In this document: piece after piece, positions 1-9,174 of the stretch
How positions within the stretch are numbered: the first letter of the stretch is position 1
Layout: every line of letters begins with the position of its first letter
Assembly (NCBI GenBank): GCA_964057225.1
Contig: OZ059898.1
Span: 10,664,001-10,728,000, forward strand
Direction: 5' to 3'
Length of the DNA: 64,000 nucleotides
DNA from: Auanema rhodensis
Taxonomy: Eukaryota > Animalia > Nematoda
The notes under the pieces: model-generated
Seen by the model: the letters and a program-made list of their open reading frames with translations, nothing else
Databases searched by the model: none
What the model was told of the DNA's origin: nothing
Made by a program: the position numbers and the translations under genes

Positions 1-2133
1 TTTGCCCACACTTTTTGCAAAATTTCTCATTGCAATTGTGCGGTCTATCAGCACGTACTCTGTGATAATGATCACAGTTTTCACATGTCTGAATTTAGTC
101 ATGTTAAATTTTATATATATTTTTTAAATTACCTTAAACATTCGACATGTTTTTCTAATATGCCTGTCAAAGCATTGACGAGTTTTGAACAAAACTCTAC
201 AACTATCACATCTTATGCTACTCTCAACCACATTTTCCATCGAATTACATTTTAAGGTGTGGCATTTCTTACACTTGGCTTTACATCTATGCAACACTGT
301 TTTGTAAGATAATTTACAGTGTTGGCATATAATACCATCAAAAATCTGTGATCTACTACAAGTTGTAATACAGTCATAATGATTATTTCGGTAGCCTAGT
401 GTTACCACTTTGCTAGCCGTTTCATTAAAGATACGCTGAATAGCGTACATACGCTGTCCAGGTGGCCTAGCGTATACTACAAACTTATAGTCTGTATTAC
501 AACTTGCAATAATATTTAAATGGTTCAAATTATAATTTGGTAAATGTACAGAAATACCACACCTATTCAATAAATTGATATGATGTGGTTGATTTGGCAA
601 CAAGATGTAGTTGCGACGAAGATTTTGAATCCTCCGCTTCTCAACAACATCTTCTGCTGTCTCTTCATCGGCTCTCCACATTCCCACAACTGCTGCTCTA
701 GCCAGGCAATGAGTGTCAGTGTTTTCAATTGTGCCAGGTATTTTGAGTTCGGCATCAAAATAGAAACCAACTCTACCTTCACCAGGCATCAGGCTTGGCT
801 GCACCGGTCTTTCATCAAACACATACATTTCAATATTCATTGCCTGGCTAATTACAGCCTCTCGCTTTGATTGCTGTACCTTGCTGATGGCATTCATGAT
901 GGCAACGCCATCCAAATGCTCCCTTCTACGGAAATCCATAAATATGGATCCCTTTTCAAAGGATGGGTGCTCTATTGATAAACAAAATAGTGCTTTTTGT
1001 TTATCTGGCACACCACTTTCAGCAAGGCACCGATCAAGGAACTCATTAAATAGCCGCGGCATGACAACATGCATTGGCTCATTAATGTTTTCCAAATGTG
1101 GGAACGTGAGCGATCTAACGACCACGTTGGTAAACCGATCAGTGCGTTTTATGCGTCGGTGTGACCACTATAATACACACTTTTTATAATGGTTATTTAG
1201 TTTAGAAATTTAGTTTAAATATAAATAATTTTTGTTTATAACTTTTAATAAATTTACTTTTCTTTAAATTATTTTTATATTCTTTCATTAAAAATGAATG
1301 GCATTTGATTTTTAAATATAAAGTTTTTTCTTTTATAAACATTTGTTAATGTTTAAAAATAAATGAAAAGGTCAAGATGGTGTTTTATTATTTTACTAGT
1401 TCAAAATGTTTGAAATATTTATAATTTGTAAGAATTCAAAATTGGTTGAAAGAAAGATATATAGTGAGATGAAATGTAAAGATTTTAAAATGAATGCTGT
1501 TCAAAAGAATGAATATATAAGTTTCAAAATACTTGCAATTTGTTTGATAAAAGATATAGATTGAGATGAAATGTAAAGATGAGAGAGAGAGAATTTTATG
1601 AATGGAATTGAAAAAGAGAAATAAATTTCAAAATGTTTTCAAAATATGCAACTGGAGCAAGAGAAAATTTCATGTTTCAAAAGATATATCATGAAATAAT
1701 ATATAAATAAAAGATCGCACCTCTATTTTACAGACATCGTTGAATGTCGCTCCATATCCGACTTGCCCTCCACTGGTTGATGGGGTAGCGGGATCCCATT
1801 CGCTTAAAAAGAAAAAACTAAATGTTATAATTTTTAATATCGCTTACTCATCACTGTCATCCAAGGTTATTACTTCAATAACCCTTGATGATGAGGGCCC
1901 ACTGTTAAAAGTGGGTGATGTGGGCTCACAGAGCTCGATCCCACCAGCCTCGGTAAACTTTATACGTTTACTAAAAAACAAAATATATTTAAAGATTCAA
2001 AATTGTGTTAAATTACCTGAGCTGATTAATCTCTTCATAATCAAATCCTAGCTCTTCACATAAACGTTTATAACTAAAAAAAGAAAAAGTTTACAAACAA
2101 ATAATCAAAAAGACGCAACCTATTAGCAGCCAT
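1..2133 (-). CDS. Maverick protein-primed DNA polymerase B gene, N-terminal part (OTU-like domain and Cys/His-rich region); spliced, 3' end outside window
   Basis: Exons 2120-2133, 2017-2073, 1848-1970, 1721-1802, 133-1167 and 1-88 join in frame through GT-AG introns: MAANSYKRLCEELGFDYEEINQLSKRIK...QVGYGATFNDVCKIE|WSHRR...NTDTHCLARAAVVG...NNHYDCI...CQHC...CDSC...|TCENCDHYH...CKKC. This layout matches Polinton pPolB N-termini. The sister copy (element B) links the same first exons to a clear pPolB exonuclease fragment. Confidence 0.75.
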
Positions 2134-2532
2134 TGTACCTTGATATAATGAATACATCAGTCTACACATTGCTGTTGGCATTGTAATTTGTTATGTAACA
2201 TGGATTTAGGTACAGCTGTCAAAACTAGCAGTTGCGATAAACTTTAAAATAAATAAGCATATTGAATACATCTGTTTTTATTGTCCCCATCGGATTAATT
2301 TTTGTTATTAGTTCTTATTAAATTAACTTTATGCGTTTCATTGAGGTCAGCGCAACTGTTTGTTAATCCCGTCGTATTTACCTTCAATGTGTGCTCTATT
2401 TAGTTATTGTATTGTTATATTAGTAAAATAAAGTTTAAAACTAATCTTTTATTATAATTTGAAACCTTTACTTGTTAGAATGAATATAATTAATAACAAT
2501 TCGCAATTTCAAAAATTAATAATTTAATGTCA

Positions 2533-2683
2533 TTCTTATCGAATTAACTTTCGATATGTGTTCCATTAAATTTTGGAATTTTATATCGTTCTTATCGAAT
2601 TAACCTTCGATATGTGTTCCATTGAATTTTGTATTTCATATCGTTCTTATCGAATTAACCTTCGATATGTGTTCCATTGAATT
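2533..2683. repeat. Tandem repeat, 55-56 bp x ~3; each unit has an ATCGAA-N6-TTCGAT hairpin (Maverick subterminal)
   Basis: ttcttatcgaattaaccttcgatatgtgttccatt starts at 2533, 2589 and 2644; a mirror copy lies at 4020-4207. Confidence 0.9.
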
Positions 2684-3269
2684 ACCCATAACAAGTACGG
2701 TGAACAAAACGATATACATGCAAAAATTTTACTGTTTTTTTAAATAAAAACAATACAAACACAATACAATAAAAATTAAACAAAATAAGTAAACAAACAT
2801 TATTAATAAATATAATAAAGAAATAAAGAAATAAATAAAATTTAAAAACAAATTTATATATTCAAAATTTAAATATAATTTATATATAAAATTTAAAGTT
2901 TAAATATGATTTATATATATAAAATTTAAATATTTAAAGTTTAAGTTTAATATAATAAATGAATAAAGTAATAAAATTTTAAAACAAATTAATATATTTA
3001 AAATTTAAATATAATTTATATATATAAAGGTTAAATATAATTTAAATATAATTTATAAATATAAAATTTTAATATAATTTAAATATTTAAAATTAAAATT
3101 TAAAATTAGATTTTTTTTTTCACTTAATATATTTAAAAATTAATTCAAAATATATAATTATATATATACATTTAAAAAAGCATATTTAAATTTGATTTAA
3201 AAAAAAAAATTTTAATCATGCTTTAAATCATGATTTTTAAATTTAAAAAAGTAAAATCCATGAACCATG

Positions 3270-3424
3270 ATCCCAAAATATGATTTTAACAGCTGACGCT
3301 CAAAAATATGTTTTTGACAGCTGACGCGCCCCAAAAGTATGTTTTTAGCAGCTGACGCCCCCAAAAGTATGTTTTTGACAGCTGTTTGAGGGCGTGGTTA
3401 GTAAATTTTGCACGGCTCTCTACT
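3270..3424 (-). repeat. Terminal inverted repeat of Maverick A with ~30-bp CAGCTG(ACGC) subrepeats
   Basis: Four CAGCTG-containing units followed by gggcgtggttagtaaattttgcacggctctctact. Confidence 0.9.
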
Positions 3425-4019
3425 GATAGCTAATGTATTTCATAACTATGTTCAAGAATAGAATAAATGTTTCGTAATATATTTATTGAACAATAAATTT
3501 TTATTTAAAATTAGAACATGTGTTAACATTTTGTAAAAGTTTCTTTTTTACAAAGTGTCTGGAAATGTTGTACTTGTAATCGGATGTGTACAAGTCTGTT
3601 TTTCGCAACAATCCTGCGTTTCCTCAGTGGGATCCAACATTTTGAATTAGTGTTTCCTAAAAATAAGAGTGTACCACAGTAGAGAGCCGTGCAAAATTTA
3701 CTAACCACGCCCCCAAACAGCTGTCAAAAACATACTTTTGGGGGCGTCAGCTGCTAAAAACATAATTTTGGGGCGCGTCAGCTGTCAAAAACATAATTTT
3801 GAGCGTCAGCTGTTAAAATCGTATTTTGGGATCATGGTTCATGGATTTTCCTTTTTTATAAATTTGTTTTTAAATTTTATTTATTTATTATATTTATTAA
3901 TAATGTTTGTTTACTTATTTTGTTTATTTTTTATTGTGTTGTGTTTGTATTGTTTTTATTTTAAAGAACAATAAAATTTTTGCATGTATATCGTTTTGTT
4001 CACCGTACTTGTTATGGGT

Positions 4020-4207
4020 AATTCAATGGAACACATATCGAAAGTTAATTCGATAAGAACGATATGAAATACCAAAATTCAATGGAACACATATCGAAGG
4101 TTAATTCGATAAGAACGATATGAAATACCAAAATTTAATGGAACACATATCGAAGGTTAATTCGATAAGAACGATATGAAATACCAAAATTTAATGGAAC
4201 ACATATC
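4020..4207. repeat. 56-bp tandem repeat x ~3.3 (inverted copy of 2533-2683)
   Basis: tggaacacatatc recurs at 4027, 4083, 4139 and 4195. Confidence 0.9.
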
Positions 4208-4223
4208 ATTATATCAAGGTACA

Positions 4224-4510
4224 ATGGCTGCTAATATGTTGTGTCTTTTTGATTATTTGTTTGTAAACTTTTTCTTTTTTTAGTTATAAGCGTTTATGTG
4301 AAGAGCTAGGATTTGACTATGAAGAAATCAATCAACTTAGGTAATTTAACAATATTTTGAATTTATTTATACATATTTTTTTTTTAGTAAACGTATAAAG
4401 TTTACCGAGGCTGGTGGGATCGAGCTCTGTGAGCCCACAGCACCCACTTTTAACAGTGGGCCCTCATCATCAAGGGTTATTGAAGTAATAACCTTGGATG
4501 ACAGTGATGA
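4224..4510 (+). pseudogene. Duplicate of pPolB exons 1-3 (element B), truncated
   Basis: Near-identical reverse complement of 1848-2133. Confidence 0.8.
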
Positions 4511-4569
4511 GTAAGCGATATTAAAAATTATAACAATTAGTTTTTTTGTCAAAAATTTAATCATTTATA

Positions 4570-4842
4570 TTTTAAAGATAGTTATTTATTAGTGCTTTTA
4601 CCCCTATCAGCGTTACCCAAGGCATTTGGTGTACCTGATATGAGTAAAGCACAGTTTCCTTACCTCTATAATCATCCAATAAATTATGGCAAAGTGTTGC
4701 CATCTTTACCACCAAAACAGTACTATTGTACTGCTAGAATGAAAGCAGAAGACCTAGCTTCATTCAATATTTGGTATGAAGAGCGTAATCAAAGAGCGTT
4801 TGATTTTGATGAAGAGCTTTTGGAATATTGTAGGACAGATGT
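4570..4842 (+). pseudogene. pPolB 3'-5' exonuclease region fragment
   Basis: FKDSYLLVLLPLSALPKAFG...KAQFPYLYNHP...YY...M...F..WY...FDFDEELLEYCRTDV, the type-2 PolB Exo III YCxxDV motif; cut by the terminus at 4843. Confidence 0.85.
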
Positions 4843-4995
4843 CAGTAGAGAGCCATGCCGAATTCACTAACCACGCCCCCAAACAGTTGCTAAAAACATA
4901 CTTTTGAGGGCGTCAGCTGCTAAAAACATACTTTTGGGGGCGTCAGCTGTCAAAATCATATTTTCGGCGTCAGCTGTGAAAAATATACTTTTCCT
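4843..4995 (+). mobile_element. Nested Maverick terminus of a related subfamily
   Basis: AGTAGAGAGCCATGCCGAATTCACTAACCACGCCCCC plus CAGCTG repeats; differs from the A/B termini at several positions. Confidence 0.85.
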
Positions 4996-5211
4996 CCCGA
5001 GGCAGGCTCTCGAGCCTGCGCATGGATCAAAATGCATGATTTTTTTTAAAATCTTTTTTAAAATTATTTTTTAATGTATTATTTTAAATGAATTTTTATT
5101 ATTTATATATTTGTTAATTGTATTTGTAAATATTTTTAAAATTATTTCTTTTTAAATTTCTTTTTAATATTTATATATGTTTTAAATATTATTATTTAAT
5201 TATTTCTTTTT

Positions 5212-5377
5212 TTCGAGCTATAACAAATTCCCATGGTCCTTGAGGAAGAAAAGTATTTTTCAAAGGGACTTGTACAGTACGAGTGGATTCAACACCTAAT
5301 GCCGACGCTGGTATATCACCATAGTTGATATTAGGTAAAAGAGCTTGTGCAGATTTTGAATCTATCAATTTAGCCAT
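5212..5377 (-). pseudogene. Maverick major capsid protein N-terminal fragment
   Basis: MAKLIDSKSAQALLPNINYGDIPASALGVESTRTVQVPLKNTFLPQGPWEFVI resembles the Polinton double-jelly-roll capsid start (PPTQ..IE....P......PIEF.I). Confidence 0.65.
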
Positions 5378-5429
5378 TCAAATGTGAAACGACCGCTCAC
5401 GAGTGATGCACAACCGCTTATGAGGTTTT

Positions 5430-5635
5430 GTGGTTTTGCGTCGTCGCAAATACGTAATTGTCTGCAGCACTTATTTGGGCCACCTTTCAAAAATGCTCTA
5501 GAGGCGTATGGTGATGCAATGTCTACTCCCTATAGTCATTTACTGATTGACAATCATCCTTTAACAAGTTAGAAGCAGCGTATACTATCTGATACAACAG
5601 CGGAGAACCCTATTGTTTATGTTGCGCCAAAACTC
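5430..5635 (+). pseudogene. Maverick packaging ATPase (A32/FtsK-HerA-like) C-terminal fragment with premature stop
   Basis: SQIRNCLQHLFGPPFKNALEAYGDAMSTPYSHLLIDNHPLTS*KQRILSDTTAENPIVYVAP matches the AY.DA...PY..LLID..P tail of Polinton ATPases. Confidence 0.7.
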
Positions 5636-5639
5636 CTTG

Positions 5640-5850
5640 TTCTGTTTCCTCATTTTCTTTTGAACAAATTGAAATTATTGTTGAAATTGGATTTAATATT
5701 GTGAAAAATAATAATTTTCTTTTAACTAACAAGGAATATAAAACCCTCTTGCCCATATCTTCATTATTACGTCCAATAGCTTTGATACGCACACCGGAAA
5801 AGGCTAAATCATTATTGGCAACGCTTTCACACAAACAATTGAAAACAATA
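5640..5850 (+). pseudogene. Fragment of a conserved small Maverick ORF
   Basis: QIEIIVEIGFNIVKNNNFLLTNKEYKTLLPISSLLRPIA is reminiscent of the E...N.L...L....L..LR.LA Polinton accessory protein; context supports this. Confidence 0.4.
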
Positions 5851-5855
5851 GTTAC

Positions 5856-6257
5856 ATGTGGTATTGCCTAGAAAATAGAGCTATACCCGATTATAAAAAG
5901 GCTGAACTATACGAAGACTTGATTGCTCGTCTCAAAAACTATAGAGAAAGTATAGATGCGCCCATAGTACAAGTGGAAAATGCTGATCCGCCTCTATTGC
6001 CAGAATACAAGTTGCCAAGAAAGTATAACAATTTGTGGAAGAAATTTCCAGAGGTGCGCACAAACAAGAGTAATCAACTTGTGATTAATAATGAGGCTGT
6101 ACCAAACACCAATATTACAAAAATTTTAGATTTTGTATTGAATAAAACAAAAACGGAGCCCAATGGATTTTCAGTCTTGTCAAAGTTTTTAGCCAGTAAA
6201 GACGTATCTAGTTCTAACAAAAAACAAACTAGAAGAGAGTCAGCAGACAATGACTGA
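5856..6257 (+). pseudogene. Fragment of a conserved Maverick accessory ORF
   Basis: KAELYEDLIARLKNYRE...NKSNQLVINNEAVPNTNITKILDFVL...PNGFSVLSKFL resembles the conserved Polinton protein motif ELV..G..IPGSNI.DL......P.G...F. Confidence 0.55.
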
Positions 6258-6450
6258 GTTGACGTTGTAACTAGAGCTGAACCGGCTGTTACAGACTTGG
6301 ACTCTACTATATTACCTAGAACGCCTCGTCATCGTTAAGCTGTTATTCGATATTCACCATCACGGGTTCGTACACTCAAAAGTAAAAGGTCAAAAACTTT
6401 TGATATTGCCGCCGAAACATATTACACACCACGAGAAGGAGACTCACAGA

Positions 6451-6618
6451 ATGGCCAAGGTCGTAAAAGGTTCTACATTAGATTATGGAAATGATATTTT
6501 GGCGAGCATTTATTACGATATAAAACATCCAGCTTCATATACATCAGCCAAGAATTTATTATCGCAAGCACGAAAACACGGCATTTCAAAGGTACAAGTT
6601 GATGATTTTTTGCAAGAT
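6451..6618 (+). pseudogene. Maverick retroviral-like integrase N-terminal fragment
   Basis: ILASIYYDIKHPASYTSAKNLLSQARKHGISKVQVDDFLQ matches the IYYDP..PASY....L...A.......V..FL start of c-integrases; fused directly to the right TIR. Confidence 0.75.
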
Positions 6619-6734
6619 TTGTTTTTGACAGCTGACGCGCCCCAAAAGTATGTTTTTAGCAGCTGACGCCCCCAAAAGTATGTTTTTGACAGCTGTCTGG
6701 GGGCGTGGTTAGTAAATTTTGCACGGCTCTCTAC

Positions 6735-7070
6735 TCATTCCGAGCTCATCTTTGCAAAATTGGACTGTTGTATACTCCTTTGTCCAACAGTAAATGAAAA
6801 GAATAAAGTTTGTATACGATAAATGAGAGCCTATTTAATTTAAATTAGTTATATCTTAAAAGTGAAGCTATACCTTCTAAAAATGTTTTTTTTTAATTGC
6901 TGTTCTTTCCTACAGCTTTTTTTGGGGCATCTCCAAGGTTCACGCTCTATTGAGGGCTTCATTTCAGATTGGCAGATGCTACAGATTATAGCATCTGGTA
7001 AAATCCCCTTTTCTTGCAAAAATCGAATTGCACTTTCTTTAGTTGCAACTTTATCTCTCAGAGCGAACAT
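6735..7070 (-). mobile_element. Merlin/IS1595 (ISXO2-like) transposase 5' part, frameshifted and truncated by the Maverick end
   Basis: AIRFLQEKGILPDAIICSICQSEM...WRCPKKSCRK, then (frameshift in an A9 run) TFLE|intron 6831-6873|GSHLSYTNFILFIYCWTKEYTTVQFCKDELGM, ending at the TIR. Confidence 0.75.
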
Positions 7071-7571
7071 GATGTCAGATTGAGTTTGAGATTTCGATTG
7101 TTTTTTATATGAATTTATTATAATTTATTTAGTTTTTAAGCAACTGTGTGCATTTCGACTGCACTTGAGCCAAAACAAGAATAAAATGTCAATTGTACTA
7201 TTTGTGCAAGCTCTTTTATAATATTTTGGGTACCCCATAAAATATTAATAAACCTGTTCTTTAATTTTTTCAAATTCATTTTTTGATTCTAGTGTTTTTC
7301 AACACTCGTACTATTTTTATCGATTTTTGTTCGAAAAACTATTGATTAAGATGAGAAATAAATGGAGACTTTAGAAACTCTGAAAAAAAATGATCATCAT
7401 TAAGTCTAAAATTGATCTTCTACATGAAAGTGTTTAAGAATTTTGGAAGTATGTACATAAGGAATGTATCGAAGAGGTAAAAATATAAAATTAATCAAAT
7501 AATTAAATAGAAAATGAACCATAAAGAAAAAATTACCATGGCTCAAAAAGGATTTGGAAGAAAGAAAAGAA

Positions 7572-7788
7572 AGCTGCCGATTTTGTAACAAAAAATCATT
7601 TCAGTGAACGATGTGGAATATACTGTTCCAAAGTAACTAAATTCACCCGTGCTGTATCATTAAAATTATGTCTGCAATGTATCAACAGACATAAAGGAGA
7701 ATGTAGAAAAGCGAAAATATGCAAATTTGGATGATAAAGAAATACAATTTTATGTGTGTTTTTATGCCCCAAGTGTGGTAAACAGTAA
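7572..7788 (+). pseudogene. Degenerate BEL/Pao-like gag zinc-knuckle relic
   Basis: SCRFCNK(frameshift)NHFSERC...LKLCLQCINRHKGEC...ICKFG** shows tandem CCHC spacing with a frameshift and stops. Confidence 0.5.
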
Positions 7789-8130
7789 ATAGATATTTTA
7801 TATTTTATGAAAGTCTCTATGGAATTATTCAAATGAAATTGGAAACTCAATTTAAGTTCTTGGGAATGTTTTGAGTGAAATCGAAATGTCACAAAAATAA
7901 TAAGAAAAAAGATAAAAATAAGTGAAACATGAAAATATGATAAACTTTAAATTTTATTTTTTCCTCTTGAACGTGTATAAGCGGTCGAATAACAACACGT
8001 GGAATCTACGTCTAATTTACGTGAACGTTTGCTTTTATTTTTCAGTTGTTGATCATGTATCTATTATAATCTGTTTGTTCTAATTTTTATTTTTATTTTA
8101 TATTCTTATATTTTTGAGAGAGTTCACAAG

Positions 8131-8352
8131 GTGTGTAACTCTGTTCTCGTAAAAGATAGAAAGATGCGGTTTTCTTAATTGCCCGTGTCCATATTGGTCT
8201 AGAACCATAATATTATTCATATTGATGCACAATAAGCATGACTTCCAAATTTACGCGAAATTTAAATTATGCTAACTAAATGTACACGTCGTATGCACAT
8301 GATGTGTAACTCGGATCTCGTTAAAGATAGAAAGATGAGGTTTTCTAAAATT
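8131..8352. repeat. ~50-bp dispersed direct repeat pair
   Basis: gtgtaactc.g.tctcgt.aaagatagaaagatg.ggttttct at ~8133 and ~8304. Confidence 0.75.
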
Positions 8353-8539
8353 ATTGACAAAAATTTTCAAATAATTCTATGCAAAGTATATACTATTCGA
8401 TTTGTTTTGACGAGACAAAGACGATGACCTATGTTATTTGGCAGAAAGATTTTCTTTTTTCTTTTGGGTGAAATTGGAGATTTAAGTGTACACCTATATC
8501 AGTAATTATCTCGCTTCGTCTTTAAGCTAGTTCAAATCT

Positions 8540-8721
8540 GATAATTTAGATTGACGCAGCTCAAAAAAGCGCATCGAATGCACTATGCGACATTAAAAAA
8601 AGTTATGACCGTTTGAAAAATGATGTGTTACAGTATGTTGACTCAAAATTGCTTTTCGAAAATGTTTGACGAAAATAGTGCATTCGATGCGTTTTTTTAA
8701 GCTGCGTCGATCTAAATTATC
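8540..8721. repeat. MITE-like inverted repeat: 47-bp arms (3 mismatches), 88-bp spacer
   Basis: gataatttagattgacgcagctcaaaaaagcgcatcgaatgcactat (8540-8586) pairs with its reverse complement at 8675-8721. Confidence 0.8.
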
Positions 8722-9143
8722 TTTTAAATTTTCTGAAACACCGGATGCTGTTGATCAAAAATGTTGACCTCGCTCTCCGTTTTGCTTGAGTTCTGAGTAG
8801 CGCATCTCATTAAAAATACAAACACGGATCAATCTAATTTTTTAACATGGGTACAAAATGATGTAAGTATAGAAAAATTTTGAACAAGAAGGCAATTGAT
8901 CAATTTGTATTTGACTCAACACATTGAAAAGCGTCAAGTGCATTGTCATATATGTAGAAAACATAAATGTTGAAATAAGTCATAGGCCAATTTAATATTC
9001 TGAAGTTTGTTAATCTATTTATTATAGCTGATTTTTAAATATTCTGGAGCTTTACTTCTGGTTAAGCTAGCTTAGCTCCTGATTGTTCATGTTTTCTTCT
9101 CTACGTTGCACTCTCATGATCAAAATATATTATCGGCATTTTT

Positions 9144-9174
9144 ATTATTGCTTTGGCTTAGCCTAAGCAATAAT
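9144..9174. other. 31-bp palindrome with GGC-TTA-GCC core and telomeric seed; candidate programmed-DNA-elimination breakpoint motif
   Basis: ATTATTGCTTTGGCTTAGCCTAAGCAATAAT: 14 of 15 arm positions pair; contains GCCTAAGC, the nematode telomere repeat; lies at the TE/gene boundary. Confidence 0.55.

Larger units (their letters stand above)
1..3424 (-). mobile_element. Maverick/Polinton element A: terminus at 3424, running off the left edge of the window
   Basis: On the minus strand the terminus reads AGTAGAGAGCCGTGCAAAATTTACTAACCACGCCC (+ strand ...gcacggctctctact ends at 3424). It is followed by subterminal repeats and a spliced pPolB-type gene. The same terminus recurs at 3678, 4843 and 6734. 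Confidence 0.85.
3678..6734 (+). mobile_element. Internally deleted, mosaic Maverick (element B ends, with a second-subfamily terminus nested at 4843)
   Basis: Starts AGTAGAGAGCCGTG at 3678 and ends GCACGGCTCTCTACT at 6734. The interior is made of pPolB, capsid, ATPase, conserved-ORF and integrase fragments. No matching 6-bp target duplication (taccac vs cattcc). Confidence 0.85.

Noticed and set aside
567-2051. Plus-strand and alternate-frame ORFs (567-782, 580-870, 881-1189, 1740-2051; also 4367-4564)
   Set aside because: Antisense or alternate-frame shadows of the spliced pPolB gene
2533-2683. Hairpin-containing periodic repeat as a CRISPR array
   Set aside because: Units are head-to-tail with no unique spacers, there are no cas genes, and the context is a eukaryotic transposon
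3523-3708. 61-aa ORF across the spacer between Maverick ends, considered as the missing Merlin half
   Set aside because: Starts inside the TIR and lacks the expected VDW...REVC or DDE motifs; unidentified
3738-3974. Hydrophobic 78-aa ORF
   Set aside because: Translation of TIR repeats and T-rich low-complexity DNA
7219-7247. aatattttgggtaccccataaaatatt imperfect palindrome as a Merlin TIR
   Set aside because: No partner TIR or 8-bp TSD is visible to confirm it
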